The notes below the pieces were generated by a model. It had not been told where the DNA came from. It made no database searches and saw only the letters and a program-made list of their open reading frames with translations. This document shows positions 19,168 to 29,300 of a DNA stretch of 64,000 nucleotides, in pieces (the stretch's first letter is position 1; each line of letters starts with the position of its first letter). The stretch comes from an uncultured Acidobacteriota bacterium (GTDB lineage: Bacteria; Acidobacteriota; Thermoanaerobaculia; Multivoradales; UBA5704), in assembly GCA_963770895.1 (NCBI GenBank), contig CAVYRF010000002.1:5760001-5824000 (forward strand). The letters run 5' to 3'. A program made the translations under genes and the position numbers.

Positions 19168-20121
19168 TCAGGAAGGCGCCACGGCCGACGCGTCGACCAG
19201 ATGGCCGCAGCAGGTGCAAAAGCGCTCGTCACCGACGGGCAAACGGCATCCGCAGCGCGGGCAGAAGCGCGCCGCCTCGTCACCCTTCGACCTGACGGTG
19301 CGAGCGGTCAGAATGCGATCGTACTGGCCGCTGCTGGTCCAGCGATCGAATTCAGCGGCCCGCATCACGGTCCAGGGGTGGCTCTCTCCCATAATACTGA
19401 GAATCTTCGCGACGCGGTCCAGTGGATTGGCGTCGAAGCCCTTGAACGCCCGTGCCTGGGCGATGAAGTCTTCGGCGTTGAAGCTGGAGCGATACTTATG
19501 CGGCAGTCCAGCCATTTTGATCATGGCGCTGATTGCCGCATCGCGGTTCTGGCAAGCCAGCAGTCCCGCGCGATCGGCCGTCAGCTCGGACATCCGCTTC
19601 CAATTGAGCAATGCCACTTCGAGCGCGGTCGACAGCCACGGTACTCCCGGCAGGACGCCAAGGGCATCTCCCAGGAAGGGCAGCACGGACCCCATCTGGT
19701 GGTAGAGGACGTGTCCGCTCTTGATGTGCCCGAGCTCGTGGCCGATCACGAAGAACAGCTCTTCTTCGCTGAGGCAATCGATGCAGGCGGCGTTGAGCAC
19801 CAGAATTGGCTTCTCGACACCAGCTGTAAACGCATTGATGCCGCGCCCTTCCTGCAGGTAGATGTCGGGCAAGGTCGCCAGGTCGAGAATCCCTGCAGCT
19901 TCCGCCACCAGGGTGTGGATGTCCGGCAGATTGTCGGCAGTTACCTGCAAATTGCTGCCGGTGTACTGAATCTTGAGGAAGCGCTCAAAGCCATATTGAT
20001 TAAAGGCACGCACCACCACCTCCAACCCTGGAGTGCCGCGCAGGCTTTCGAGCGCATGTCCGTCGAAAGGATGTTCATAGGCTTGTGCCTGTAGCCCTGC
20101 CAAAATCGCCCTTGCCATCAT
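19168..20121 (-). CDS. M48 family metallopeptidase with C-terminal double zinc ribbon
   Basis: YEHP.D, NAFT.G, HELGH, SELTADRAG, SHPW; C-terminal CPRC..CTCC. Confidence 0.88.
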   Translation of the reverse strand: MMARAILAGLQAQAYEHPFDGHALESLRGTPGLEVVVRAFNQYGFERFLKIQYTGSNLQVTADNLPDIHTLVAEAAGILDLATLPDIYLQEGRGINAFTAGVEKPILVLNAACIDCLSEEELFFVIGHELGHIKSGHVLYHQMGSVLPFLGDALGVLPGVPWLSTALEVALLNWKRMSELTADRAGLLACQNRDAAISAMIKMAGLPHKYRSSFNAEDFIAQARAFKGFDANPLDRVAKILSIMGESHPWTVMRAAEFDRWTSSGQYDRILTARTVRSKGDEAARFCPRCGCRLPVGDERFCTCCGHLVDASAVAPS

Positions 20122-20155
20122 TGTCCTCCAGCTAAGGCGCTGTCAATAAACAAAT

Positions 20156-20184
20156 TTGACACTTGAGAGATTTTGATGTAGAAC
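20156..20184 (+). promoter_or_regulatory. Sigma70-like promoter of the ISAzo13 transposase
   Basis: TTGACA-17 bp-TAGAAC just upstream of the transposase start. Confidence 0.45.
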
Positions 20185-20187
20185 ATT

Positions 20188-21414
20188 GTGGAGATGTCTG
20201 ATCTCCGCGCGCTGCAACAGAAGGTGGATTTGCTTTGGCCTCACCTGGACGAGCGGGCACGGCGTTTGTTCGCAGCGAGCGAGGCTCGCCAGCTTGGCCA
20301 CGGTGGCGTCTCGACAGTCAGTCGGGCCTGTGGCTTGTCGCGGGTCACGATTACGAAAGGCCTGAAGGAACTTGAAGGTTCCCCTCTTGCTGCGGGCCGA
20401 GTTCGGCGCGAGGGTGGCGGACGACCGGCGCTTGAGGTGCTCGATCCCGACCTGCCGAAGAGGTTGGAGGCTCTCGTTGAGCCCTTGACGAGCGGCGACC
20501 CCGAATCGCCTCTGCGCTGGACGAGCAAGAGCACGCGCGTCCTGGCCGCAGAGTTGGCAGCCGAGCACCATCCGGTCAGCCATGAGAAGGTGGCTCAGTT
20601 GCTGCGGCAGATGGACTACAGCCTGCAGGGCAACCGGAAGGCCGATGAGGGAAGCGACCATCCGGACCGCGATGCTCAGTTCCAATACATCAACGCACAG
20701 GTGAGCAAGGCGCTGGCCGCGAAGCGACCTGTCATATCGGTCGACACGAAGAAGAAGGAGATCCTCGGCAACTATTTAAACAAGGGCCAGCAGTGGCGAA
20801 AAGCGAAGTCTCCGCAACGAGTGAATGTCCACGACTTTCCCAGTCCAACGGTGCCGCGAGCCTACCCGTATGGAATCTACGACCTTGGCCGAAACACCGG
20901 GTTTGTGAACGTCGGCACAGATCATGACACCGGCGCCTTCGCGGTCGCGTCGATTCGGGGATGGTGGCGCGCCGAGGGGCGGCGGCTATATCCGAAGGCC
21001 CAAACTCTCTTGATTACCGCGGACGGTGGCGGCAGCAATGGCTATCGTCTTCGTCAGTGGAAAATGGAACTCCAGGCGCTGGCGGACGGGGCAGCGCTCT
21101 CCATCATGGTCTGTCACTTCCCTCCGGGGACCAGCAAGTGGAACAAGGTGGAGCACCGACTTTTCTCCTTCATCTCGTCGAACTGGCGCGGAGAGCCGCT
21201 TCGCGACTACGAGACCATTGTCCGCCTGATCGCCAAGACCACCACTGCCAAGGGCCTCAAGGTGAAGTGCCGGCTAGACCGTCGCTCGTACCCTGTCGGG
21301 CGAAAGGTATCCGACCAGGAGATCGCTACCCTCAACCTTAAGCCTCACTCATTCCACGGCGAATGGAACTATCTCATCCGATCTCACGATGGGGGATGTC
21401 CCACTTTCCGTTGA
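20188..21414 (+). CDS. ISAzo13 family transposase (last codons replaced by IS256 end; native end ...RSHDV*)
   Basis: GDPESPLRWTSKS, HPDRDAQF, SVDTKKKE, DGGGSNG, PPGTSKWNKVEHRLF, FHGEWNY. Confidence 0.93.
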   Translation: MEMSDLRALQQKVDLLWPHLDERARRLFAASEARQLGHGGVSTVSRACGLSRVTITKGLKELEGSPLAAGRVRREGGGRPALEVLDPDLPKRLEALVEPLTSGDPESPLRWTSKSTRVLAAELAAEHHPVSHEKVAQLLRQMDYSLQGNRKADEGSDHPDRDAQFQYINAQVSKALAAKRPVISVDTKKKEILGNYLNKGQQWRKAKSPQRVNVHDFPSPTVPRAYPYGIYDLGRNTGFVNVGTDHDTGAFAVASIRGWWRAEGRRLYPKAQTLLITADGGGSNGYRLRQWKMELQALADGAALSIMVCHFPPGTSKWNKVEHRLFSFISSNWRGEPLRDYETIVRLIAKTTTAKGLKVKCRLDRRSYPVGRKVSDQEIATLNLKPHSFHGEWNYLIRSHDGGCPTFR

Positions 21415-22818
21415 AAGTCGACGGCGAAGTTGGCGGTAGTTTCACGCAGTGAGCGTCTCCTGGTCAAGCTTTTCTGGGTAAGAAGGGGCAGACCGAGCGA
21501 GGGCGATGCTGAGAGCCGGCAGGTCGCGGTAGCCCTTGATGCGACGGAAGCGCTTCTCGGCTTCGAGGATCCCGGTGACCGCCCAGCGCAAGACCATCGT
21601 CCCTCCTCGCCAGCGCTTGACACGGCGAGCCAGGTGCTTCAGAGCACTGTTGAGATTCTCGATTGGATTGGTCGAGCGCAAACTGCGAGTGAGCGTCGCC
21701 GACATGCGCAGGCCGATGATTGTTAAGGTTTCATCGAGACCTTCCCGCAACGACGACGCTGCGCCTGGATGCGCCTCTTCCAGTTGCTCTGCCAAGCCCA
21801 CGAGGCGCTTCCGGGCTTGCTCGACAGAGCCAGCGGCCCAAGCCTTCCGGATCACCGTTCGCACCCACGCGTGCTTACTATCAGGTAAATGATCGATCAC
21901 GTTGCGCATCTTGTGGATCTGGCAGCGTTGGATCAATGCCCAGCCCGCAAAAGTCTTTCTAATCGCGGCACGCACGCCCTTGCCGCCGTCCACAACGAAC
22001 AGGCGCATCCGCTCTACCAGCAGGCCGCGCTCGATCAAGTTGCGCAGCAACGCCCGCCCTGCCTGCTCGCTCTCGCTGCTGCCTTCCACCACCCCCAGCA
22101 CTCGCTTCGACCCATCCGCCTCGATGCCCATCGCCAACAGCAGCACATGGTCGCCAAGCACCGTGCCGTCGATCATGAGCACCGGGAAGTCCCTGCCTTC
22201 GAGGGACTCGGACAGCCGCTGGGTGATCTGCTGGCGGGTCCGCGCGACGAAGCGCCGGGACACGCTCGAACGGCTGACCGAGCACGAGTTCCGGCTCTCG
22301 GGCAGGGCCTCCAGGCTCCGGGCATACTTGCGCGTCGATACGCCCACGATCATCTGCTCGAGAGCTCGCTCGTCGAGAGGATCTTCCTGTCGCATCGCGA
22401 CCCAACTCGGCAGCGCCAACTCCTCGCCCCCGACGGTGCGCACCCGCGGCCGGCCCAGCTGCACCTTGCGGCCGCCGAGGACCACGCGACCCTGCTCATG
22501 TCCGTAGCGATACGCCGTGCGCTGCGCTCCCTGCCGGCTGCCGGCAGGACCCACCAGCGCCTCGCGGTCCTCCTCCAGCATCGCCTCGAACACCGCGAGC
22601 CCCGTCGCCATCACCAGCTCCCGTAGCGCCTCTCCGGCTCGCACCAGCACGCCCCCCACGCCTACTCGCCGACAGGCTCCCTCGTGCCCAGCAGTTGCCT
22701 CTCTCCCTCTCGCCGTGGCACTCTTCTTCATGACGGTGACCCTCCTTTAGTTGGCACCCCCATGCTCTATGGGGGCGAGGATCGCCGTCAACTTTCAACG
22801 GATTCTGGGACAAGGCCC
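21391..22818 (-). mobile_element. IS256-family element
   Basis: 37-bp imperfect IRs (..TGTCCCA..TCCGTTGAAAGT.GACGGCGA) flanked by a CACGAT(G) duplication. Confidence 0.88.
21442..22731 (-). CDS. IS256 family transposase
   Basis: GVSTR, LMIDG, VDGGKG, QRCQIHK.RN, STNPIE motifs. Confidence 0.93.
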   Translation of the reverse strand: MKKSATARGREATAGHEGACRRVGVGGVLVRAGEALRELVMATGLAVFEAMLEEDREALVGPAGSRQGAQRTAYRYGHEQGRVVLGGRKVQLGRPRVRTVGGEELALPSWVAMRQEDPLDERALEQMIVGVSTRKYARSLEALPESRNSCSVSRSSVSRRFVARTRQQITQRLSESLEGRDFPVLMIDGTVLGDHVLLLAMGIEADGSKRVLGVVEGSSESEQAGRALLRNLIERGLLVERMRLFVVDGGKGVRAAIRKTFAGWALIQRCQIHKMRNVIDHLPDSKHAWVRTVIRKAWAAGSVEQARKRLVGLAEQLEEAHPGAASSLREGLDETLTIIGLRMSATLTRSLRSTNPIENLNSALKHLARRVKRWRGGTMVLRWAVTGILEAEKRFRRIKGYRDLPALSIALARSAPSYPEKLDQETLTA

Positions 22819-22850
22819 CACGATGTGTAAATGTTATTTGTTGACGACTC

Positions 22851-23177
22851 CTAAGCCCACAATGGAGCTACGCCCTTGGCGACACGAAAGGCGTTGACGA
22901 CACTCCACAACCAGACTGCCAGATAGGAAACACCAGCCGTCACCGGTACTGCCCCCATGGCCGGAACGGTGAGGATCATCATCAACAAGCCCTTCTTGAA
23001 ATCGTTGTTGTAAAACTGGCCCAGACCCGGAACCACTACAGAGAAAATGACCGCGGCAATGGGACTCTTGCTTTTTCCGGTAATCAGACCTGGCATCTTT
23101 GCCTGCAGCTGGAAACCGCAACCACGGCAGAAAACGGCACGGTCGTCATTGTGTGTCCCGCACTTTGTACAGACCAT
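22851..23177 (-). CDS. Zinc-ribbon membrane protein (TM2-like, PGLGQFY)
   Basis: ATG 23177 with GGAGG RBS; CTKC..CRGC followed by KSP..A..S...PGLGQFY and TM helices. Confidence 0.75.
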   Translation of the reverse strand: MVCTKCGTHNDDRAVFCRGCGFQLQAKMPGLITGKSKSPIAAVIFSVVVPGLGQFYNNDFKKGLLMMILTVPAMGAVPVTAGVSYLAVWLWSVVNAFRVAKGVAPLWA

Positions 23178-23363
23178 CGAGCACCTCCCATGTAGACGTT
23201 CAGGTTCAACTTGGTCTGACACCCTCCACGTCGCTTTGGGTGAGTCCAACCCGGCAGGAGCCGCGTTCGACTTCCTGGCAATTTGCGATATGCGCATTGG
23301 ACTTGCTCAGCCGATCACTCCCATACTTGCGCAATCCGTGGCGAACGAAAGAGGAGGCGGCGA

Positions 23364-24506
23364 GTGCCCAGGAACCTGGTGGTGTGCTGTGACGGGACGG
23401 GTAACGAGTTCGGCGACGCCAATTCGAACGCCGAAACGATCTATAGCTTGCTGGTCCTGGACGACGGCCGGCAGGTGGCCTACTACCATCCGGGCGTCGG
23501 CACGATGGGGGCGCCCAACGCGCTGCTCAAGACCACCAAGTGGTTCACCCGCGTGCTCGGGCTGGGCTTCGGCTACGGCATCACCGCCGACATCGAAGAC
23601 GCCTACGAATTTTTGATGGACACCTTCGAGCCGGAGGACCGCGTGTTCGTGTTCGGCTTCAGCCGCGGCGCCTACACCGCCCGCGCGCTGTGCTCGATGC
23701 TGCGAATGTATGGCCTGATCCGCCGCGGCGACCGCGCGCTGGTGCGCTATGCCTCGCGCATGCTGCGCCACGGCGGCGCCGACCGGTTCCGCCTGGCGGC
23801 GCAGTTCAAGGCAACCTTTTCGCGCCCTTGTAAACCTTATTTTGTCGGCGTCTGGGACACCGTTAAGTCGATCGGTTGGATCACCAACCCGGTGGACCTG
23901 CCCTATACCGGCACCAACAAGGATATTCAGTTCGCCCGCCACGCGGTGTCGATCGACGAGCGGCGCTGCTTTTATCGCACCAACCTGTGGCAGGCGGTGG
24001 CGGACCCCCGGCCCGGCCAGCCGCCGCCCCTCAAACAGGTCTGGTTCGCCGGCGTCCATTCCGACGTCGGCGGCTCCTATCCGGCGGCCGAAAACGGCCT
24101 TTCCAAGATCGCCCTGCGCTGGATGCTGGCCGAGGCCGCCGACGCCGGCCTGATCCTCGATCCGCAAAAAGCGTCGCGCGCCCTGCACACCGACGCCCAC
24201 GACCAGACGTCCCCGGAGTTCATGATCCACCGCTCCCTCAAGCGTTGGTGGTGGTCGCTCGAGTACTTGCCCAAGCGCTCCAGGAAGGAGCAGCCGCAAC
24301 CCGACGGCAGCTCCACCTGGATCACCCGCTGGGCGCTGCCGCGCGCCAAGCCGCGCACCATCGCTCCCGGCTCCCTGGTCCACCAGAGCGTCATGGACCG
24401 CATGCAACAGGTGCCGTCCTACCGGCCGATCAACCTGCCGCCGCCGCCGCAGTACACGGTCGTGGACGACCTGCCTGCGCCGTTTCCGAAGGTGCCCACG
24501 CCCTGA
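23364..24506 (+). CDS. DUF2235 alpha/beta hydrolase (Tle1-like catalytic domain)
   Basis: GTG with GAGGAGG RBS; VVCCDGT.N, YHPGVGT, GFSRG, GVWDTV, HAVSIDE.R, WFAGVHSDVGG. Confidence 0.88.
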   Translation: MPRNLVVCCDGTGNEFGDANSNAETIYSLLVLDDGRQVAYYHPGVGTMGAPNALLKTTKWFTRVLGLGFGYGITADIEDAYEFLMDTFEPEDRVFVFGFSRGAYTARALCSMLRMYGLIRRGDRALVRYASRMLRHGGADRFRLAAQFKATFSRPCKPYFVGVWDTVKSIGWITNPVDLPYTGTNKDIQFARHAVSIDERRCFYRTNLWQAVADPRPGQPPPLKQVWFAGVHSDVGGSYPAAENGLSKIALRWMLAEAADAGLILDPQKASRALHTDAHDQTSPEFMIHRSLKRWWWSLEYLPKRSRKEQPQPDGSSTWITRWALPRAKPRTIAPGSLVHQSVMDRMQQVPSYRPINLPPPPQYTVVDDLPAPFPKVPTP

Positions 24507-24531
24507 AGGTTGCCGTCCTGCCTTTGGCTCA

Positions 24532-25569
24532 CTAGGGCACGCACTCGCCGAGAACGGTGGTGAGCGTGACGGAGCACCCGAGCAACGTGGCGCCCCCGCA
24601 GGACACCGTCAGGTTCATGGGAGTGGCGCCTTGATAGATGCCGGTGATGGTGTTGTTGCCGCTGGCCAGGGTCGTGGGCGCATGGGACACGAGCACTCCG
24701 GGAGATGCGGTCACGGTTGGAGTGCAGCCCGAAAGCGACCCCGACAGGTTCACCGTGGCGACAAAGGCATGGAAATCGGGCCCCGCTGTGCCCGGCGGCG
24801 GCCCGAGGCAGCATCCCGAGGTAACCGTTCCTGTCAGCGTGCATCCCAGAGGTTGTATATGTGTGGCGCAAGGACAACCCCTGGGGATCACCCCTCCCGG
24901 GGCGCTGATGGTACCGGCGACGTCCAGCCCGGTGGGGGTGGGCCCGATCGCGGTGGCTCTGGCGGTGGCGTTGGTATTGGTCGGGTTGATCGCCGAGCCC
25001 TCGTTGTGAACCTTGATGATCACGCAGTTCTCGCCCGCCACGAACGGGCCGCTTAAGACTTTCGTGTCGGGAGCGTTCGCCTCGAATGAATTAAGGGTCC
25101 CCGTGTACGCCGGCGTCGTGCTTGGATTCTCGGCCATCGCGAGGCTGTCGTTCAGGTAGACGAATTCCTGGTTGTCGGCCTGCATCTGCAGACTGACCGT
25201 CGCGCCGGCCGGTTTGTCTAGGCAAAAGCACGACTGGTAGAAGTAGTCGCCGCCGGGCTGGGCAGCGTTGGCTGCTGTATTGCTGATCCACTGGCTGCCG
25301 CCAATCGGCGGATTCCAGCCGCTGATCTTAGACACCGTGAAGGTGGGCAGGGTTGCGACGACCGCAGGAGGAACCGCGATCAGACTCCACAAGGGATCCT
25401 GCGCTCCAATCGCCAGCAGGCCTCCGGTCGCATTGGTACCGGTGTTCAGGGACAAGCTGGCGGCATCCCTGCAAATGAGGGCTGTCTGACCCGACAGGGA
25501 CCATGGACACACCACGAGAAATAGCAACACGAAACCCATACGCTGGAGCTGCCGCGCCGCCAGGTGCAT
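24532..25569 (-). CDS. Secreted Cys-rich hypothetical protein (beta-sandwich/lectin-like)
   Basis: AAGGAG RBS, signal peptide, DP.W..QWIS..ADN..VYLN..G.N..V.N..PTGL pattern, Cys-rich tail. Confidence 0.55.
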   Translation of the reverse strand: MHLAARQLQRMGFVLLFLVVCPWSLSGQTALICRDAASLSLNTGTNATGGLLAIGAQDPLWSLIAVPPAVVATLPTFTVSKISGWNPPIGGSQWISNTAANAAQPGGDYFYQSCFCLDKPAGATVSLQMQADNQEFVYLNDSLAMAENPSTTPAYTGTLNSFEANAPDTKVLSGPFVAGENCVIIKVHNEGSAINPTNTNATARATAIGPTPTGLDVAGTISAPGGVIPRGCPCATHIQPLGCTLTGTVTSGCCLGPPPGTAGPDFHAFVATVNLSGSLSGCTPTVTASPGVLVSHAPTTLASGNNTITGIYQGATPMNLTVSCGGATLLGCSVTLTTVLGECVP

Positions 25570-25731
25570 ACTTGCTCCTTTTTTTGAGAAAGGTGATCAA
25601 ATTTCAGTATGAACCTGGCGACTGGCTCCCGCAAGCCTACTCGCTCATGGCAAAATACAGAATTGACATTCCGGGCTCGCGCTTCAAGACTCTAAAATGA
25701 AGCTGGCACCGGCACCCAAAGGAGACGCACG

Positions 25732-26337
25732 ATGGCTGAGCAACCAGGACCGTTTCTGAACCTGCCCTCGGAAGAGGAGCTGCGGCAGCGGGCGCACGCC
25801 GCCGGCGCAGCGCCGTCGCCCTACGACTTTGGCTTCGTCGGCGACATGTCGCGCCTGCTCGCGGCGCACCCGCGCATCGGTCCGGCGATGCAGCGCGCCT
25901 TTGCCGAGATCATGTTCGCGCCGGGCGCGCTCAGCCGCGCCGAGCGGGAGATGGTCGCGGCCGTCGCCTCGGCGGCCCAGGACTGCCAATACTGAACGGA
26001 GTCTCACGCAGAGTTTCTGCGTGTCGAAAACGGCGACCCCAGCCTGGTCGAGGCGATCAAGCGCCACCGGTGGCGCGACCTTCCCGGCCTCACGCCGCGC
26101 CAGCGCGCCCTCTGCACGGTGGCGGAAACCATGACCCTGCGCCCCCGGCAGATGACCGCCGCCGACTGGCAGCCGCTGCGCGACCTCGGCTTCTCCGACG
26201 AAGCGCTGCTCGAGTTGGGGCACCTGATCGCCATCTTCAACTACTTCCCGCGGATGGCCGACGGCTTCGGCCTGGTGGTGCACGAAAAGCTGCGCGAAGC
26301 GGCCGCCACCGGCGTCCCGCTACGTCGCCAGAGCTGA
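25732..26337 (+). CDS. AhpD/CMD-family peroxidase-related selenoprotein (in-frame TGA 25993-25995 read as Sec; CxxU)
   Basis: ORFs 25732-25995 and 26119-26337 are in one frame separated only by TGA; the join reads REMVAAVASAAQDCQY-U-TESH, matching the AhpD CxxC..H motif; hairpin follows the TGA. Confidence 0.85.
26005..26023 (+). promoter_or_regulatory. Candidate bacterial SECIS element
   Basis: Perfect 8-bp stem CACGCAGA/TCTGCGTG with a GTT loop starting 17 nt after the TGA. Confidence 0.7.
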
Positions 26338-26369
26338 GACCCGCGGCGGCAGGCTGCTACCATGACCTG

Positions 26370-29300
26370 ATGGATCTTGCCGCTTCGCTCTCCAGCCACG
26401 TGACGCGGGCAGTGCGCTATCGCGGCACGGCGTACTTTCATGCCGGCCGCGTGACCCTGCTCAAACGGGGCGCCGAGATGGTGACCGCGGCGGTCAGCGG
26501 CACCAAGCCGTACCACGTCGAGCTGACCCGCCGGGACCGGTCGCTGGCGGTGTCGTGCACCTGTCCGCACTTCGAGCGCGACCAGCAGGCGTGCAAACAC
26601 ATCTGGGCGACCCTCCTGGCCGCCAGCTCGCTGGGCCATCTGGTGCCGCCCTCGGGTGAGGCGCCGCGCTGGATCACGCCCGTCGCCACCGTCCCCACCT
26701 CCGGCAACGGCAGCGGCGATGCGCGCACTGCGGCCGCCGCGGCGGCGGCTCGCGACGGCTCGGCCCTGCCGCTCGCGGCGCGCGGCGGCGCGGCGGCATC
26801 CGCCCTGGCCGGCGCCGGCGGCGCCTTCGCTTCGCAGGCCTGGCGGCTGGCGGATCCCATGCCGCAGAGCCCGCCCGCGCCGCCGCCGCCGCCGACCTGG
26901 CGCAGCCACCTGGCGTCGCTGGACATCGCGGCGGTGCCGGCCGCCGGGCGCGGCAAGCGGATCGAAGAGGTGCAGTACGTGATCGACCGGGCGGCGTCGA
27001 GCCGCACCGGCGGCCTGGTCATCGAGCTGTTGGAGCGCGGCCGCCGGGCGAACGGCGAATGGGGCAAGGCGCGGTCGCTCAAGCTCGACCGCGGCGACAT
27101 CGCCTCGCGCGTGCCGCTCGAGGTCGACCGCCAGATCCTTGCCCTGCTGGGCGGCGCCCGGTCGCACCCGTCCTTCTATGCCGGCTGGATGACCTACGCG
27201 GATGCGCTGCCGTCCCGCGCCGAAGCGCCCGAAATGCTGGGCCCGCTGCTGGCGCCGCTGCTGGCCGCGACCGGCCGCGCCAGCCTGCGCCCCGCTCCGG
27301 AAGCCCTGCCAGGACCGCCGCTCACCTGGGACGCGGGCGCCCCCTGGCAGCTGTGGCTGGCGGTGCGGCGCGGCCAGGACGGCAGCCAGTACCAGGTCGA
27401 GGGCAGCTGGCGGCGCGGCGACGAGCGCCTGGCGCTCGACCAGGTGGCCCTGACCCTGCGCTCCGGCATCCTGGTCACCGCCGACCGCATGGCGCGCCTG
27501 GACCACGGGGGGAGCTTTGCCTGGATCCCGCTGCTCAATCGCATCCACCGGCTGGAAGTGCCCGCCGCGGAGATCGAACAGCTGGCGGCACGGCTGCTTG
27601 CCGAGCACGACCTGCAGCGGCTCGATTTGCCCCCGGAGCTGCGCTGCGAAGAGGTGAGCGAAACGCCCACCCCGCGCCTGCTGCTGCACGCCCCCGGCTC
27701 CCCTGCCGAGCGCTGGCAGCGCGCCACGGCGATGCTGCGCTACAGCGCCGGCGACGTGGCGCCGGACGCCCCCGGCCAGCGCCTCTACCGGGCGGCGCCG
27801 GACCGCCGCCTGGTGCGGCGCGACCGCGAAGCCGAAGCGCGCGCCCAGCGCCGGCTGGCCGACGGCGGCTTCCAGCCTGCCGGCGACGGCGACCCCCACG
27901 GCACGCTGCGCATCGAGCGGCGGCGGGTCGCCGACGTCGCGCCGCAGCTGCTCGCCGAGGGGTGGCTGCTGGAGGCGGAGGGGCGGCCGCTGCGCGCGCC
28001 CACCCACCCGCAGCTGGCCGTCAGCTCGCACATCGACTGGTTCGAGCTGCGCGGCGGCGTCGACTTCGACGGCCAGATCGTGGCGCTGCCCGATCTGCTG
28101 CTGGCCCTGCGGCGCGGCGCCACCACCATCCGCCTGGGCGACGGCGCCACCGGCCTGCTGCCCGAAGAGTGGCTGCGGCGCGTCGCGCCGCTGGCCGAGC
28201 TCGGCCAGCCGAGCGGCGACCACCTGCGCTTTCAGCCGGCGCAGGCGGGCCTGCTCGACTCGCTGCTCGCGGCGGAACCGGCGGCCACCGCGGACCGCGG
28301 TTTTGCCGACGCCCGGCGGCGCCTGGCGGGTTTTGCCGGCATCGAGCCGGCGGCGCCGCCGCCGGGCTTTCACGGCGAGCTGCGCCCGTATCAGCGCGCC
28401 GGCCTGGGCTGGCTGCACTTTTTGCGCGAGTTCGGCTTCGGCGGTTGCCTGGCGGACGACATGGGCCTGGGCAAGACCGTGCAGGTCCTGGCGCTGCTCG
28501 CCAGCCGCCGCCGCCTGCGCAAACGCCAGGGCCTCGGCCCCTCGCTGGTGGTCGTGCCGCGCTCGCTGATCTTCAACTGGATCGCCGAGGCCGCCCGCTT
28601 CACCCCCGCCCTGCGCGTGCGCAACTACACCGGCACGCAGCGGCATCGCCACGACCAGCCGCTCGACGACTGCGACCTGGTGCTCACCACCTACGGCACG
28701 CTGCGCCGCGACGCCGGACGCCTGAGCGCGATCGAGTTCGACTACCTGATCCTGGACGAGGCGCAGGCGATCAAGAACCCCGCCAGCGAGTCCGCCAAGG
28801 CCGCCCGCCGGCTCAAGGGCAGGCATCGCCTGGCGCTCACCGGCACGCCGGTCGAAAACCACCTGGGCGACCTGTGGAGCCTGCTGGAGTTCCTCAACCC
28901 CGGCATCACCGGCGCCTCGGCGATCCTGCGCTCCGCCACCGGCATGCTGCGCGACCCCGACGAGACGACCCGCGCCCAGCTGGCGCGCGGCCTGCGCCCG
29001 TTCATCCTGCGCCGCACCAAGGAGCAGGTGGCGCCCGAGCTGCCGGCCAAGTTCGAGCAGACCATCGTCTGCGAGCTGACCGCCGGCCAGCGGCGGCTGT
29101 ACGACGAGCTGCGCCAGCACTTCCGCTCGACGCTCGCGCTGCGCGTCGACGAGCGCGGCCTGGGGCGGTCCAAGATGCTGGTCCTGGAAGCCCTGCTGCG
29201 GCTGCGCCAGGCCGCCTGCCATCCCGGCCTGATCGACCCGGCGCGCGGCGGCGAGCCCAGCGCCAAGCTCGACTTTTTGCTGCCGCAGCTGGCGGAGGTC

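Larger units (their letters stand above)
20136..22851 (+). mobile_element. ISAzo13-family IS carrying a nested IS256
   Basis: Imperfect terminal IRs (GGCGCTGTCAATAAAC / GGAGTCGTCAACAAAT) and 3-bp TAA duplication at 20133-20135 and 22852-22854. Confidence 0.85.

Noticed and set aside
23364-24506. DUF2235 as evidence of a type VI secretion locus
   Set aside because: No vgrG, PAAR, hcp or adjacent immunity gene in the window.
25663-25691. TTGACA promoter upstream of the selenoprotein gene
   Set aside because: Perfect -35 but weak -10 (AAGACT) at 17 bp; insufficient.
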